Shown: positions 28,985 through 39,401 of the stretch, piece after piece
How positions within the stretch are numbered: position 1 is the stretch's first letter
How the letters are laid out: each line of letters starts with the position of its first letter
Assembly: GCA_012840925.1 (NCBI GenBank)
Contig: DUVS01000029.1
Coordinates: 124,202-188,201 of the forward strand
Length of the DNA: 64,000 nt
Reading direction: 5' to 3'
Source of the DNA: Bacillota bacterium
GTDB taxonomy: Bacteria; Bacillota; Limnochordia; Darwinibacteriales; DTU012
The notes under the pieces: generated by a model
What the model was told of the DNA's origin: nothing
What the model saw: the letters and a program-made list of their open reading frames with translations, nothing else
The model's database searches: none
Translations under genes and position numbers: made by a program

Positions 28985-31633
28985 ATCGATTAATTGCTTC
29001 AAGACTGATTCCAACTGGCTCCACGCCTCGCCAAAGCCAACAAAGTCTGCTTCACGCAGAGCTTGCTGTGCCTTTTGATATATCTCGTAAGCATCATGCC
29101 AAATCTGACGGTCTCCAGTATGCATAGGCTCAGACTCAAAGGGCTTGGATGGGCTGTCATCATCAAAGAGCCGGTTTAAGGCTTGAGTCAAACTCTCCTC
29201 CATCACCAGCTGATCCTTGTAAGCAACTATCACTCGCTGCAGCTGCGGCATTCCACTCTGTTCTGACTGCAGGAACAGCGGCTCTACATAGATCAACGAT
29301 TGACTAATCGGCAAGACCAACATGTTACCCCTGATCACCTGACTGCCTCTTTGGCCCCACAAGCTCAGCAGTTGAGAGATATCCGAATCTTGATCGATCG
29401 TAGCGTCAATCTGGGCAGGGCCTAAGGTGAGGCTGTCTTTTGGAAAACGGTAAACCAGAACCTCTCCATAGTGCTGACCGTCGTTGCGGGCTGCCAGCCA
29501 GGCAATCAGATTATTGCGTCTGATCGGTGTATAAGGCAGCATCAAGATCAGTTCGGGTGTGTTAGAATTGGGCAGCTGCATCATGACATAGTAGGGAACA
29601 ACCGGCTGTTCCCTCTCAGCATAGATCTCGTTCGCCAAGACCCATACATCCTCGCGATTGTAAAAGATGCGGGGATCTGTCATGTGGTAAGTGCCATAGA
29701 TGCTGGCTTGCAGAGCAAACAGATCCTCAGGATATCGCAGGTGGGCCCGGAGCATAGAAGGCATTTCACTAATTGACTTCAGCCACCCGGGATAGATCTT
29801 TGCATAAACATCCAAGACTGGATCCGGTTCAACCTGATAGAAATCAACAAACCCATTGTACGCATCAATGACTACTTTTACTGAATTACGGATATAATTG
29901 CCCCAACTGGTCGGCTGAGCATATGGATAGCGATAGCTGGTAGTGTAAGCGTCGATAATCCAATACAACCTGCCGTTATCCCCAATCACGATATAGGGGT
30001 CCTGGTCGTAACGTAAGAACGGAGCCAGTTTCTGAACTCTAGCCCTGATATTCCGGTAGAACAGGATCCTGCTTTCACTGGTGATATCCGTTGATAAAAG
30101 GATCCTGGTAGTGCCGAAGCGAAGTGCAAACGCCAATCTGTGCAATGGCGACGCCAGTTTGACACCACCCGTACCCTGATACGTGTAATAGGCGTTACCA
30201 TCGCCGGTGGGATAGTCAAATTCATCTATCAAGGTGTTGACGATTACGTATTCATTACTGCGCTCACCGTAGTAGATACGGGGTTCAGTGATCTGCAAAT
30301 CAGATTTGCCCTTGGGCGGAATATCCGACATCCAAAACTCTGGCAGCTGCTGCCTGGACACTTCGTTCACAGGGCTGACCACGACTCCGTATCCATGAGT
30401 GTACTGCAAATGGTCATTGATCCAATTGCGGTTCTGAGTCAGGCTCACGTCAAGTTCCCTGGCTGCAAGCAATACTTCTCGGTATTCCCCATCGACCCAG
30501 TAGCGCCCCACGTCGGCGTCATTAAACACGTAATATGGACGCATTTCTTGTAACTGCCGGTAAGTCTGGAGAATCAAACGGGGATCCCACAGCCTGATGT
30601 TTCTAATCGTATTCCGGTTGGCCTCTAGATCCTCTGTGGTCAAATCTTTAGTGCCAACAAAGTCCAATTCCTGGAAATCCGCAACCTCATATGCCAACCG
30701 TGTCATCTGGATATGATGCTCAATATAAGGCCACTCCCGCGTAAACTCATTAGGGGCCACCAACCACTGCTGCACCGCGAACGGAGCGATTACTCCCCCC
30801 ACAAAGCTGAGCCCAAACCAAAAGGCCAAAGAACCAATCAAGATCTTCCGGAACCGGTACAAGCGAGTGATAAATATAAGGCTCACGGCCACTGCCACAA
30901 CCATGAGCATCCGCAAGACTACTAAGCGGACATTGACATCAGTGTAACCTGCTCCAAAAACAATACCACTGGTGTTGTACAGCAACCGGTAAGCTTGAAC
31001 GCTGTAATCTGCTGCTTTGGTCAGTACCAGTAGGCCTACCAACACCGACAAATGCTTCTGTGCGCGCATTGAAAGCCTTGGTTGGTAATTTTCAAACTGA
31101 AAATGGCCTGAAACAAAGTAAATTGCCGCACAAACAGCTGTCACTAGCGTCAAGGCTGTTGCCAACGCGCTGATCAGCAATTGATAGACCGGCAATTCAA
31201 AGAAATAAAACCCGATGTCTTTTCCGAAAATCGGGTCTGTGACTCCAAAATCACTGCTGTTGAAGAACTGGGCGACTTCAAAGTAATAGCCGCCGTACCC
31301 GGATGAATAAACCAACCCAAGGACGATGCTGATCAGGCTTGCTGCTAAAATCAGATGCTTGCCTGTAATAAACTGATTGAGACGGTAAAATCTCCACAGG
31401 GCCTGTTTGACAACTGATTTCATCATCCAGAGATTAATGAACAGAATCAATGAAAAACATAACCAGCTGCCGATCCTCAAACCCCATTCCCATCCTAATC
31501 TGGTTATGAGCAGTTTAGGATAACCTAGAGATTTGAACCAAAGCCAATCGGTTAAAAAGTGGCTGCCAGCTATAGCTAAGCTGATAACAGCAACTAACAA
31601 CACCAGTACAGCCCACTTAAGCCATCTAACCAT
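28979..31633 (-). CDS. UPF0182 family membrane protein
   Basis: TDWLWFKSLGY, DPIFGKDIGFYFF, NIRLWD, YTHGYG, NYIRNSVK, VIRGNMLV motifs. Confidence 0.93.
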   Translation of the reverse strand: MVRWLKWAVLVLLVAVISLAIAGSHFLTDWLWFKSLGYPKLLITRLGWEWGLRIGSWLCFSLILFINLWMMKSVVKQALWRFYRLNQFITGKHLILAASLISIVLGLVYSSGYGGYYFEVAQFFNSSDFGVTDPIFGKDIGFYFFELPVYQLLISALATALTLVTAVCAAIYFVSGHFQFENYQPRLSMRAQKHLSVLVGLLVLTKAADYSVQAYRLLYNTSGIVFGAGYTDVNVRLVVLRMLMVVAVAVSLIFITRLYRFRKILIGSLAFWFGLSFVGGVIAPFAVQQWLVAPNEFTREWPYIEHHIQMTRLAYEVADFQELDFVGTKDLTTEDLEANRNTIRNIRLWDPRLILQTYRQLQEMRPYYVFNDADVGRYWVDGEYREVLLAARELDVSLTQNRNWINDHLQYTHGYGVVVSPVNEVSRQQLPEFWMSDIPPKGKSDLQITEPRIYYGERSNEYVIVNTLIDEFDYPTGDGNAYYTYQGTGGVKLASPLHRLAFALRFGTTRILLSTDITSESRILFYRNIRARVQKLAPFLRYDQDPYIVIGDNGRLYWIIDAYTTSYRYPYAQPTSWGNYIRNSVKVVIDAYNGFVDFYQVEPDPVLDVYAKIYPGWLKSISEMPSMLRAHLRYPEDLFALQASIYGTYHMTDPRIFYNREDVWVLANEIYAEREQPVVPYYVMMQLPNSNTPELILMLPYTPIRRNNLIAWLAARNDGQHYGEVLVYRFPKDSLTLGPAQIDATIDQDSDISQLLSLWGQRGSQVIRGNMLVLPISQSLIYVEPLFLQSEQSGMPQLQRVIVAYKDQLVMEESLTQALNRLFDDDSPSKPFESEPMHTGDRQIWHDAYEIYQKAQQALREADFVGFGEAWSQLESVLKQLIDE

Positions 31634-31646
31634 ACCTTTGCCCCTT

Positions 31647-32057
31647 TTAACGCATGTAATAGTAATAATAGTAGGCGGCAATTACTGTAAATATAACAAT
31701 CACACATACTGCGAATTGAACCCTCTTTTTCCGCCTGATTGCCCTGCGCTTTTCCAAGACCGATTGTTTTTGACTCTCTGAGCGGTATTCAGTAATTGGA
31801 TCTTGATCCTGAACCTGCCCTCCCTGGTCATACATCCTTGCGACCTGATCCGGGTTAATGCCGAGTACTTTGGCATAAATCCGTAGAAAACCCCGCACAT
31901 AAACCGGATCCTCCGGAAGGGAATCCAGGTCACCAGCTTCAATTGCTTCCAGATACGCTTGTCTGATCTTGGTTTTGTCAGCGACTTCAGTAAGGGTCAT
32001 CTGCTTATCTTCTCTGGCCTGCCGCAAAAATATCCCTAGTTCTCTCATCTTAGTCAC
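31647..32057 (-). CDS. Short RodZ-like helix-turn-helix membrane protein
   Basis: LGIFLRQARE...TKIRQAYLEAIE...YVRGFLRIYAKVLG HTH followed by a C-terminal TM; no extracytoplasmic domain. Confidence 0.85.
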   Translation of the reverse strand: MTKMRELGIFLRQAREDKQMTLTEVADKTKIRQAYLEAIEAGDLDSLPEDPVYVRGFLRIYAKVLGINPDQVARMYDQGGQVQDQDPITEYRSESQKQSVLEKRRAIRRKKRVQFAVCVIVIFTVIAAYYYYYYMR

Positions 32058-32058
32058 C

Positions 32059-34392
32059 TCATAGATCTAAACTCTCGCGATCGACCAAAACTTCCCTTGG
32101 TTTACTCCCTTGATATGGCCCGACAATGGATCTGACTTCCATCATATCAATTAGGCGAGCTGCCCGGCTGTAGCCGATGCGAAACCGGCGCTGCAGCATG
32201 GAGATGGACGCTTGTCCTGTTTCAACTACTAACCTAATCGCATCATCAAGCAACTCGTCTGTGTCTTCACTATTCCGCACCAAGCTCTGTTTCTCCTCAG
32301 TCACATCAACGTAATCTGGTTCTCCATGTTTCATCCAAAACTTGACTACCGCTTCCACTTCCCGATCGGAAACATAGGCTGCTTGAGCCCGAATCGGCTT
32401 GGCCGCTCCCAACGGATAATAGAGCATATCTCCTTTGCCAATCAAACGTTCTGCTCCGCCCATATCAAGAATTGTCCGGGAGTCTACTTGAGAAGATACG
32501 GCAAAGGAAATGCGCGACGGCACGTTGGCCTTAATCAACCCCGTGATTACATCCACTGAAGGCCTTTGGGTGGCAATGATCAAGTACATGCCAGCAGCCC
32601 GCGCCGTTTGAGCCAGGCGGCAAATTGCATCCTCAACTTCAGCAGCTGCCACCATCATCAAATCAGCCAACTCATCGACAATAACCACTATGTACGGCAG
32701 CAGCTCCAGTTCCTGCTCACCGTCGTCAACCGGTACTGCTTGTTGAGTCTTGACCAGTTCGTAATAAGACTCGATATTTTTCACATGGTTGTCAGCAAAC
32801 AACTTATAACGCCGCTCCATCTCCGCTACAGCCCAGCGCAGAGCCGACGCCGCTTTCTTAGGATCGGTAACTACAGGTGAGATCAAATGGGGAATCCCGT
32901 CAAAGGCAGACAGTTCCACCCGTTTGGGGTCAATCAGCAGCAGCTTGACTTCGTCAGGAGTAGCACGGAATAACAAGCTGACTATAATCGTATTCAAGCA
33001 GACACTTTTACCAGAACCGGTAGCCCCGGCGATCAGTAAATGCAGCCATTTGCACAAATCACCGATGACTGGATTGCCAGCGATATCCTTGCCCAGAGCT
33101 AAAGCCACTTTGGACTTGTGGTTGGCCAATTCCGGATGTTCCAGTACGTCTCTAAGCCTTACTAACTGGGTTTCCCGGTTAGGTACTTCAATGCCCACCA
33201 CCGATTTGCCGGGAACCGGTGCTTCGATCCTGACACCGGTGGCCGCCAACGCCAAAGCAATGTCATCGGCCAGGCTTGTAATTCTGCTGACCTTGATTCC
33301 AGGGCCGATCTGAAGTTCGTAACGGGTTACCACCGGGCCTTGACAAATATTGACTACCTTAGCGTCAATGCCGAAGTTGGTAAAGGTTTCTTCCAGAAGC
33401 TGTTGATTATTTTCTCCACCGCTGCGTTTCCCTGTCTGAGCGCTTTTCTTCAGCAGATAGACGGGTGGGAGTTGATAAGCTCTGTGGGGCGTTTCAAGCA
33501 GTGTGAATTCTTCGGTTTCAGGTTCAGCATCAAGTTCCTTTTCATTCTGCTCTTTTGTGACTACGACTTCCTGCTCGATTAGATCGTCATTAGGCTCATG
33601 TTTCTGTTTCGGTGATGCAGCCGATCGTTTCTGAGTTTTCGCGGTCCTGGTTTTCCGTTTTGCCTTGGCTGTTTCCTCCTGAGTCGGCTTGGCAGCCAGT
33701 TCAGCAGTGGTGGCTTCCAGCCGCAGGCGAGCCCGGCGCTCTCTGGCTTCCCGGATCTTATGGGCAATACCTTTGAATAGATCTAGAATTGCCCCCAGAC
33801 CGTCCCGAAACAAGCTGAGGACAAACGCCCAGAGGCCGTTAATGATGCTAATCAAGGATATGTCGAAAACAAGAATGATACCAATTAATCCAAATCCACC
33901 CAGCACAACATAACTGCCAACGCGGCCAAAAGCAGACAGGAACAGAACCATCAGAAACGCACCGGCAACTCCAGCACCTATTCCCATCTGCCCGATCCTG
34001 ATCTCCTCGGCCATTGCCGGCGGCAGCTGATATCCTTGATAAACCGTAGTCATGTGATAGAAGGCGACAAAGCCGCTTAACAAAAGCAGGCCGCCTAACA
34101 GTTTCCGCAGGCGCACAGGCCACAGCTTCCCTAAGAATAAGCCAACAGCCATGATCAAAAGAAGGGCTGTAAACAAGCCAGCCAGCTCCCCAAAGGCTAT
34201 GTTAAGCCAACTGCAAAGCTTAAGCCCAGCCCAGCCTGTGGCATCCACATATAGGCTGATTAAAGCGAAAGCAGCCAGTGAAAACAAGATGATTCCGATA
34301 ATTTCCCGCTGTTTTGAATTCAAAGGCCTCAAGGTCAACCACCTCAGTAAATCTGTTCGACGAATCGGCACTGATAACCTGCTAAAATTCAC
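32059..34392 (-). CDS. ftsK: DNA translocase FtsK/SpoIIIE
   Basis: N-terminal TMs, [34 protein letters not shown], gamma domain ([19 protein letters not shown]). Confidence 0.97.
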   Translation of the reverse strand: MNFSRLSVPIRRTDLLRWLTLRPLNSKQREIIGIILFSLAAFALISLYVDATGWAGLKLCSWLNIAFGELAGLFTALLLIMAVGLFLGKLWPVRLRKLLGGLLLLSGFVAFYHMTTVYQGYQLPPAMAEEIRIGQMGIGAGVAGAFLMVLFLSAFGRVGSYVVLGGFGLIGIILVFDISLISIINGLWAFVLSLFRDGLGAILDLFKGIAHKIREARERRARLRLEATTAELAAKPTQEETAKAKRKTRTAKTQKRSAASPKQKHEPNDDLIEQEVVVTKEQNEKELDAEPETEEFTLLETPHRAYQLPPVYLLKKSAQTGKRSGGENNQQLLEETFTNFGIDAKVVNICQGPVVTRYELQIGPGIKVSRITSLADDIALALAATGVRIEAPVPGKSVVGIEVPNRETQLVRLRDVLEHPELANHKSKVALALGKDIAGNPVIGDLCKWLHLLIAGATGSGKSVCLNTIIVSLLFRATPDEVKLLLIDPKRVELSAFDGIPHLISPVVTDPKKAASALRWAVAEMERRYKLFADNHVKNIESYYELVKTQQAVPVDDGEQELELLPYIVVIVDELADLMMVAAAEVEDAICRLAQTARAAGMYLIIATQRPSVDVITGLIKANVPSRISFAVSSQVDSRTILDMGGAERLIGKGDMLYYPLGAAKPIRAQAAYVSDREVEAVVKFWMKHGEPDYVDVTEEKQSLVRNSEDTDELLDDAIRLVVETGQASISMLQRRFRIGYSRAARLIDMMEVRSIVGPYQGSKPREVLVDRESLDL

Positions 34393-35156
34393 ATCCGCCT
34401 TTGATTAATCCCGATCACAGCAGCCATTCGGCCAGCTTCGTTTCCACTGCGGCGATAAGAAAAAAACTGCTTAGAGCAGCAAGTACATATACTGGTACAG
34501 AGGATACGCTTGCGATCTATGCCGGCTGCTTCTAACTGCAGCAGATTGGCCAGTTTCAGGTCAAGATAGACTGCTTCCCCCCGCTGTTCAATCACTTCTT
34601 CAGGAAACTGTTGTGCCACTTGCCAGCCGACTCGGTAACAGCACTTGCCAATCGAGGGGCCGATGGCGGCATAAATTTGACTATGATCCAGATCATAGAG
34701 GCTGGTCAGCTTTTCAACCATCTTTGCTGCAATATTGCCGGCTGTGCCCCGCCACCCCGCATGGGCAATCCCAACGACCCGCCTTTCTGGGACGATGAAG
34801 AACAAGGGGACGCAATCAGCATAAAAACAGGCCAATAGAATCCCCGGTTCATGGGTAACCAACCCATCGGTCCCGGGCAGCGCTGTATCAAGATCTTCCG
34901 CTCCCCTGCCCTTATGGGCCAGTCCCACTTGGACAATCTTAGTGTCATGGATTTGATTGCCAGATACCCAGTCATCCAGAGAAAATCCTAAAAAGGCAGC
35001 CAATTGAATGCGTCTAGCGATGACCTGGTTTGCATCATCGCCTACATGTAAAGCTAAGTTCCCCCACGAGGTTGTGGTCAAGCCATGGCAAAGCCAGTCA
35101 TCCTCCGTCCAGCCTGGCACCTGCCACAGTTCGCGCATCTCAGCCACACTTGACAT
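34389..35156 (-). CDS. pgeF: Peptidoglycan editing factor / polyphenol oxidase family (YlmD/YfiH)
   Basis: [44 protein letters not shown] motifs. Confidence 0.93.
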   Translation of the reverse strand: MSSVAEMRELWQVPGWTEDDWLCHGLTTTSWGNLALHVGDDANQVIARRIQLAAFLGFSLDDWVSGNQIHDTKIVQVGLAHKGRGAEDLDTALPGTDGLVTHEPGILLACFYADCVPLFFIVPERRVVGIAHAGWRGTAGNIAAKMVEKLTSLYDLDHSQIYAAIGPSIGKCCYRVGWQVAQQFPEEVIEQRGEAVYLDLKLANLLQLEAAGIDRKRILCTSICTCCSKQFFSYRRSGNEAGRMAAVIGINQRRM

Positions 35157-35158
35157 GA

Positions 35159-35614
35159 TTACTCTCCTTTGAGCAGTTGCTGCAGTTCATTCAGGAAACT
35201 GTTAATATCCTTGAACTGCCGGTAAACAGAAGCAAACCTTACATAAGCAACCTCATCAAGCTTTTTCAGCCGCTCCATGACAATTTCACCGATCTGTTCT
35301 GATGATATCTCCCGCTCCGTATTATTGCGCACTTCCCTATCAATCTCATCAATCATTGCTTCGATGGCATCGAGAGAAATAGGCCGTTTTTCGCATGCCC
35401 GCAAAACTCCGTTGAGAATCTTGTTGCGATTAAAAGCCTCTCGCCTCCCGTCTTTTTTGACAACCATGAACGGAACTTCATCTAAACGTTCATAAGTAGT
35501 AAAGCGACGGTTGCATTCGGTGCATTCCCGCCGGCGCCGGATCGAAGCCCCTTCTTCTGTCGCCCGTGAATCCAATACTTTACTTTCCTTGTGAAAACAA
35601 AAAGGGCACCGCAT
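35159..35614 (-). CDS. nrdR: Transcriptional repressor NrdR
   Basis: MRCPFC...[17 protein letters not shown] zinc ribbon plus ATP cone, AYVRFASVY. Confidence 0.98.
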   Translation of the reverse strand: MRCPFCFHKESKVLDSRATEEGASIRRRRECTECNRRFTTYERLDEVPFMVVKKDGRREAFNRNKILNGVLRACEKRPISLDAIEAMIDEIDREVRNNTEREISSEQIGEIVMERLKKLDEVAYVRFASVYRQFKDINSFLNELQQLLKGE

Positions 35615-35655
35615 AGCTCCACCTCAAAATCCATATTTAACTATATTATACATCA

Positions 35656-35934
35656 TTATCGTTCTCTCTGCCATGCCCTATACTTTGGAGTGGTCTCCAA
35701 CCTTGACCGGACCAAGACAACATCGACTCCGATCAGCACAACCTCCTGCCATGGAATCTCCAAGTCCTCATGCCTGAAAAAACGCAGCAGACCCTTGTCA
35801 GGCCGCTCCAGTACCAAAAACCGCAGTTCACCTGTGTCGGGATCCAAGTCGACATCACAGACATAACCCAAGAATCGGCCGTCCTCAACGTTTATGACAT
35901 CAAGGCGCTGCAGTTCACTGGTTTTGATATACAT
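35656..35934 (-). CDS. ylmC: YlmC/YmxH family sporulation protein (PRC barrel)
   Basis: SELQRLDVINVEDGRFLG...IPWQEVVLIGVDVVLV; start moved to ATG 35934 behind AGGAGG. Confidence 0.9.
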   Translation of the reverse strand: MYIKTSELQRLDVINVEDGRFLGYVCDVDLDPDTGELRFLVLERPDKGLLRFFRHEDLEIPWQEVVLIGVDVVLVRSRLETTPKYRAWQRER

Positions 35935-35976
35935 GGCGCCCCCTCCTGTTCTCACAGTATGTATATGCAGCGGCAC

Positions 35977-36003
35977 AAAAAAAGAAACGGCATTGGCCGT
36001 TCC
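35977..36003 (-). terminator. Intrinsic terminator after spoIIR
   Basis: GGAACGGC-CAAT-GCCGTTTC then TTTTTTT. Confidence 0.75.
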
Positions 36004-36033
36004 AAGATTGTATGTCACCACTGGACAAGGTGT

Positions 36034-36723
36034 TTATTTGGATTTTAACAGCGGCACCGCCAAATGATTTGCAAACTCAAAATTAGCTGCCAACCATGCT
36101 TCAAACCGCTCTACTGCCTTCGTCCGCCGGATTCGCTCCCACAGGCGGGATCGAATTTGAACATCACCCTCTTCAAGATGAGGTGCTAAAGTGATTACAG
36201 AATCCGAACCTGGATTTGATGCGGCCGGTTCCAGATAACACAGTGGAGGAAACAATACACACCACCAATTGTCACCTTTACCTGCGCCAATGATCACCCG
36301 CAGCGCTTCATATTCTCCTGCTGGCAGGAAAACATCTCCATACTCCCGGTCAGGGAAAGCATACGAGCCAAATTCCAAACGGATCTCATAGCCATACCCC
36401 GCACGGGTAACTTCTACCAATGCTGCATCTTGAATCCTCAGCCAATGATCGGCGATCTTTTGTTTGGCTTCTGACTGATCAGTAACATCCACAAACAACT
36501 CTCTGGTTTCAGCCAAGATCGCATCCCTGACTCTAAGCTTTAGATCCTGGTCGTCAGGAGTGTTGCTGTTGGCGATCACATGCAGCCGCACCAGATTGGT
36601 GCCATTATAGGCATAGACGTCATTGGGCTGGCAGATAACAAGTCCTACCCGGCATCCAATTATCGTTAGCAAAGCTATCAGACAGCCGACGACGATACGA
36701 GTTGACAAACCTTTCCTGTTCAT
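36034..36723 (-). CDS. spoIIR: Stage II sporulation protein R
   Basis: Signal peptide, VRLHVIANS...DQDLKLRVRD, FPDREYG, GDNWWCVLFPPLC. Confidence 0.96.
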   Translation of the reverse strand: MNRKGLSTRIVVGCLIALLTIIGCRVGLVICQPNDVYAYNGTNLVRLHVIANSNTPDDQDLKLRVRDAILAETRELFVDVTDQSEAKQKIADHWLRIQDAALVEVTRAGYGYEIRLEFGSYAFPDREYGDVFLPAGEYEALRVIIGAGKGDNWWCVLFPPLCYLEPAASNPGSDSVITLAPHLEEGDVQIRSRLWERIRRTKAVERFEAWLAANFEFANHLAVPLLKSK

Positions 36724-36738
36724 ACCCCTCTACCTCCT

Positions 36739-37515
36739 TCAGGATGTTGCCAAAAAGCGTCTTAAGTGCTTTAAAGCCGCCTTTTCCAACCGTGAAACCT
36801 GAGCCTGGGAAATGCCGATTTCCTCTGCCACTTCCATTTGGGTCCTGCCATCGAAAAACCGCATCGTCAGGATTAGTTTCTCCCGTTCACTAAGCCTTTC
36901 CATTCCTTCTTTGATCGATACACCTTCTAGCCAGTTACCATCTATGTTTTTTTCATCGCGGATCTGATCCATGACAAAGATGGGATCGCCACCGTCATGA
37001 TATATAGGTTCAAATAATGATATTGGTTCCTGAATTGCATCAAGGGCAAAAACAATATCCTCTCGGGGAATCTGCAGTTCCTCTGCGATTTGGCTTATCG
37101 TCGGTTCTTGTGAATGCTTGTTTGCCAAGGTATCCCTAACTTGCAGCGCTTTATAGGCAATATCCCGCAATGAACGGCTGACTCTAATCGGGTTGTTGTC
37201 TCTCAGATACCTTCTGATCTCACCAATGATCATGGGCACTGCATATGTGGAGAATTTGACATTCTGACTGAGATCAAAATTATCAATAGCTTTCATCAGG
37301 CCAATGCAGCCAACCTGAAACAAGTCATCCACATATTCACCGCGGTTGTTAAACCTCTGGATGACGCTGAGTACCAACCTTAAATTGCCCTGCACCATCT
37401 CTTCCCGGGCTGCCCGGTCGCCTTGACTAATTCTAGCCAGCAGCTCCCGCATCTTCTTATTGGTCAAGACCGGAAGTTTAGAGGTGTTCACGCCGCAGAT
37501 CTCTACCTTGTTCAT
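36739..37515 (-). CDS. sigG: Late forespore sigma factor sigma-G
   Basis: MNKVEICGVNTSKLPVL N-terminus, NLRLVLSVIQRF, RYLRDNN; start moved to ATG 37515. Confidence 0.97.
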   Translation of the reverse strand: MNKVEICGVNTSKLPVLTNKKMRELLARISQGDRAAREEMVQGNLRLVLSVIQRFNNRGEYVDDLFQVGCIGLMKAIDNFDLSQNVKFSTYAVPMIIGEIRRYLRDNNPIRVSRSLRDIAYKALQVRDTLANKHSQEPTISQIAEELQIPREDIVFALDAIQEPISLFEPIYHDGGDPIFVMDQIRDEKNIDGNWLEGVSIKEGMERLSEREKLILTMRFFDGRTQMEVAEEIGISQAQVSRLEKAALKHLRRFLATS

Positions 37516-37547
37516 AGGGACCTCCCCTTGATTAGACGTTACAGCAT

Positions 37548-37577
37548 CAGTATTGCCACAATCTTGCGGTTCTATTC
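37548..37577 (-). promoter_or_regulatory. sigma-F/sigma-G promoter of sigG
   Basis: GAATA-N15-GGCAATACTG, about 30 bp upstream of the start codon. Confidence 0.7.
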
Positions 37578-37581
37578 GGCA
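37575..37581 (-). promoter_or_regulatory. Spo0A box
   Basis: TGCCGAA is a perfect match to TGNCGAA; lies between divergent sigG and spoIIGA. Confidence 0.55.
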
Positions 37582-37677
37582 CCGCCAAACTTTGGGAAAT
37601 GTTGCCGGACAAAGAAGGAAAACAAGGATCCGGCTACAAATATTCCCGTATAGGTCAAAAACCAAAGGAGGGATCGC

Positions 37678-38658
37678 ATGCCGGGATACATCATTTATAT
37701 TGATGCACTGATCCTGCGGTTAGCAGCTAATTTTTTCTTTGAATTCATCCTGTTGTGGGCAACTGCTGAAGCTACCCGCTCCCGTACCACCCGGCTCCGA
37801 TTGGCACTGGGGGCCTTAATTGGCACACTGCATCATCTTTTGTTCCTGTTGTCAAGTTACAGTCTGATCCCTTTCTACGGTTTACTGCGTTTCTTTCCGA
37901 CACTGCTTGTGGTATCCATCATCATGGTTTTGGCAACGTTCTACCCCGCCAATAAAGGAAAGCTGCTGCGAATCCTGGCTTATTTTTATGGCATTGGTTT
38001 CTTAAGCGCCGGTGCCGGGATGGCTGCAGCCTACATTTTTGGAACCGAGCTAAACCCCCAATCTACCGTAGGCGTGCTGGTTTCGATTGCGGTAACATTA
38101 ATCATTGCCGAGCTCGGTTGGGGTGTTGTTCAAAGAAGAATCTATCAGCATCTTTACCAACTGCCCATCAGTGTCGCTTATAATGATAAAGAAGTGTGCC
38201 TTACAGGCTTGATTGACACAGGAAACCATCTCAAAGATCCCCTCACTTTACAACCGGTAATAGTTGTGGAACAGAATGCAGTCCTACCTTTATTTGACCC
38301 CCAAACAGCCGCGCTTATTCAAGAAATGTGTTCAGGCAATCTCGATGCCATAACTGATTACGCCAATACTCCTATCGCCATGCGGCTGCGCATGGTCCCA
38401 TTTCATACCATCGGTGTCCAATCGGGAGTATTAATTGGTTTCAAACCGGACCACATTCTGATTCGTCAACACAAGGAGCAGCTGCCGGTTACAAATGCGA
38501 TTATCGCTATCTACCAGCACCAGCTTGACCCCAATGGAGAATATCAAGCTCTGCTCCCTCCAGAACTGCTGGAAAAACCGGCTGCACTAACATCACGGGT
38601 GAAATCGATTCAAGGAGGGGAAACCAGCCATGCGGCTCAATCTGAACGTGAAGCTTAG
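37678..38658 (+). CDS. spoIIGA: Pro-sigma-E processing aspartic peptidase
   Basis: [18 protein letters not shown]-terminal TMs, catalytic [20 protein letters not shown]; overlaps the sigE start. Confidence 0.95.
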   Translation: MPGYIIYIDALILRLAANFFFEFILLWATAEATRSRTTRLRLALGALIGTLHHLLFLLSSYSLIPFYGLLRFFPTLLVVSIIMVLATFYPANKGKLLRILAYFYGIGFLSAGAGMAAAYIFGTELNPQSTVGVLVSIAVTLIIAELGWGVVQRRIYQHLYQLPISVAYNDKEVCLTGLIDTGNHLKDPLTLQPVIVVEQNAVLPLFDPQTAALIQEMCSGNLDAITDYANTPIAMRLRMVPFHTIGVQSGVLIGFKPDHILIRQHKEQLPVTNAIIAIYQHQLDPNGEYQALLPPELLEKPAALTSRVKSIQGGETSHAAQSEREA

Positions 38659-39352
38659 AGTAAGACTGTTGGTTATCAGGCTGCTGACAAAAATTAGGAT
38701 TACTCCTCCGATTCACTATGTGGGTAGTAGTGAAGTCTTGCCTCCTCCACTGACTGCTGACGAGGAAAGTGAGTTGCTGAACAAATTAAGGCAGGGTGAT
38801 ATGCAGGTTAAGTCTCCTCTGATTGAACACAACCTAAGACTGGTGGTGTATATTGCCCGTAAGTTCGAAAACACAGGGATCTTTATAGAAGATTTGGTTT
38901 CCATTGGCACTATTGGACTGATCAAAGCAGTAAACACCTTTGATCCTGATAAGAACATCAAGTTGGCAACTTATGCATCGCGCTGCATCGAAAATGAGAT
39001 TTTGATGTATCTGCGCCGTACAAGCAAAATTCGTGCAGAAGTCTCTTTTGATGAACCTCTTAACACTGATTGGGACGGAAATGAACTAGTCTTGGCCGAT
39101 GTAGTGGGAAGTGACAGCGATGTGGTTAAATATATCGAGGAAGAAGTGGATAAAGCGCTCCTTAAGCAAGCAATGCAGAAGCTCACCGGGAGAGAAAAGA
39201 AGATTATGGAACTGCGCTTCGGACTGAACAATGGGGTTGAAAAGACTCAGCGAGAGGTTGCTGACCTGTTGGGGATTTCCCAGTCCTATATTTCACGCCT
39301 TGAAAAGAAAATTTTAAAGAAACTGCAGCGGGAAATCAGGAAAATGAACTAA
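38630..39352 (+). CDS. sigE: Early mother-cell sigma factor pro-sigma-E
   Basis: Basic/hydrophobic pro-sequence, [40 protein letters not shown]. Confidence 0.96.
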   Translation: MRLNLNVKLRVRLLVIRLLTKIRITPPIHYVGSSEVLPPPLTADEESELLNKLRQGDMQVKSPLIEHNLRLVVYIARKFENTGIFIEDLVSIGTIGLIKAVNTFDPDKNIKLATYASRCIENEILMYLRRTSKIRAEVSFDEPLNTDWDGNELVLADVVGSDSDVVKYIEEEVDKALLKQAMQKLTGREKKIMELRFGLNNGVEKTQREVADLLGISQSYISRLEKKILKKLQREIRKMN

Positions 39353-39353
39353 C

Positions 39354-39384
39354 AAAAAAAAGAGGCCGCAGCCTCTTTTTTTTT
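39354..39384. terminator. Bidirectional terminator between convergent sigE and ftsZ
   Basis: A8-GAGGC-CGCA-GCCTC-T9. Confidence 0.88.
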
Positions 39385-39401
39385 GCTTCATTCGTTCATT
39401 C

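Noticed and set aside
37600-39401. Site-specific, phase-variable inversion of spoIIGA-sigE
   Set aside because: No matching inverted repeats at the two ends and no recombinase in the window; the adapted bidirectional terminator points to a fixed arrangement.
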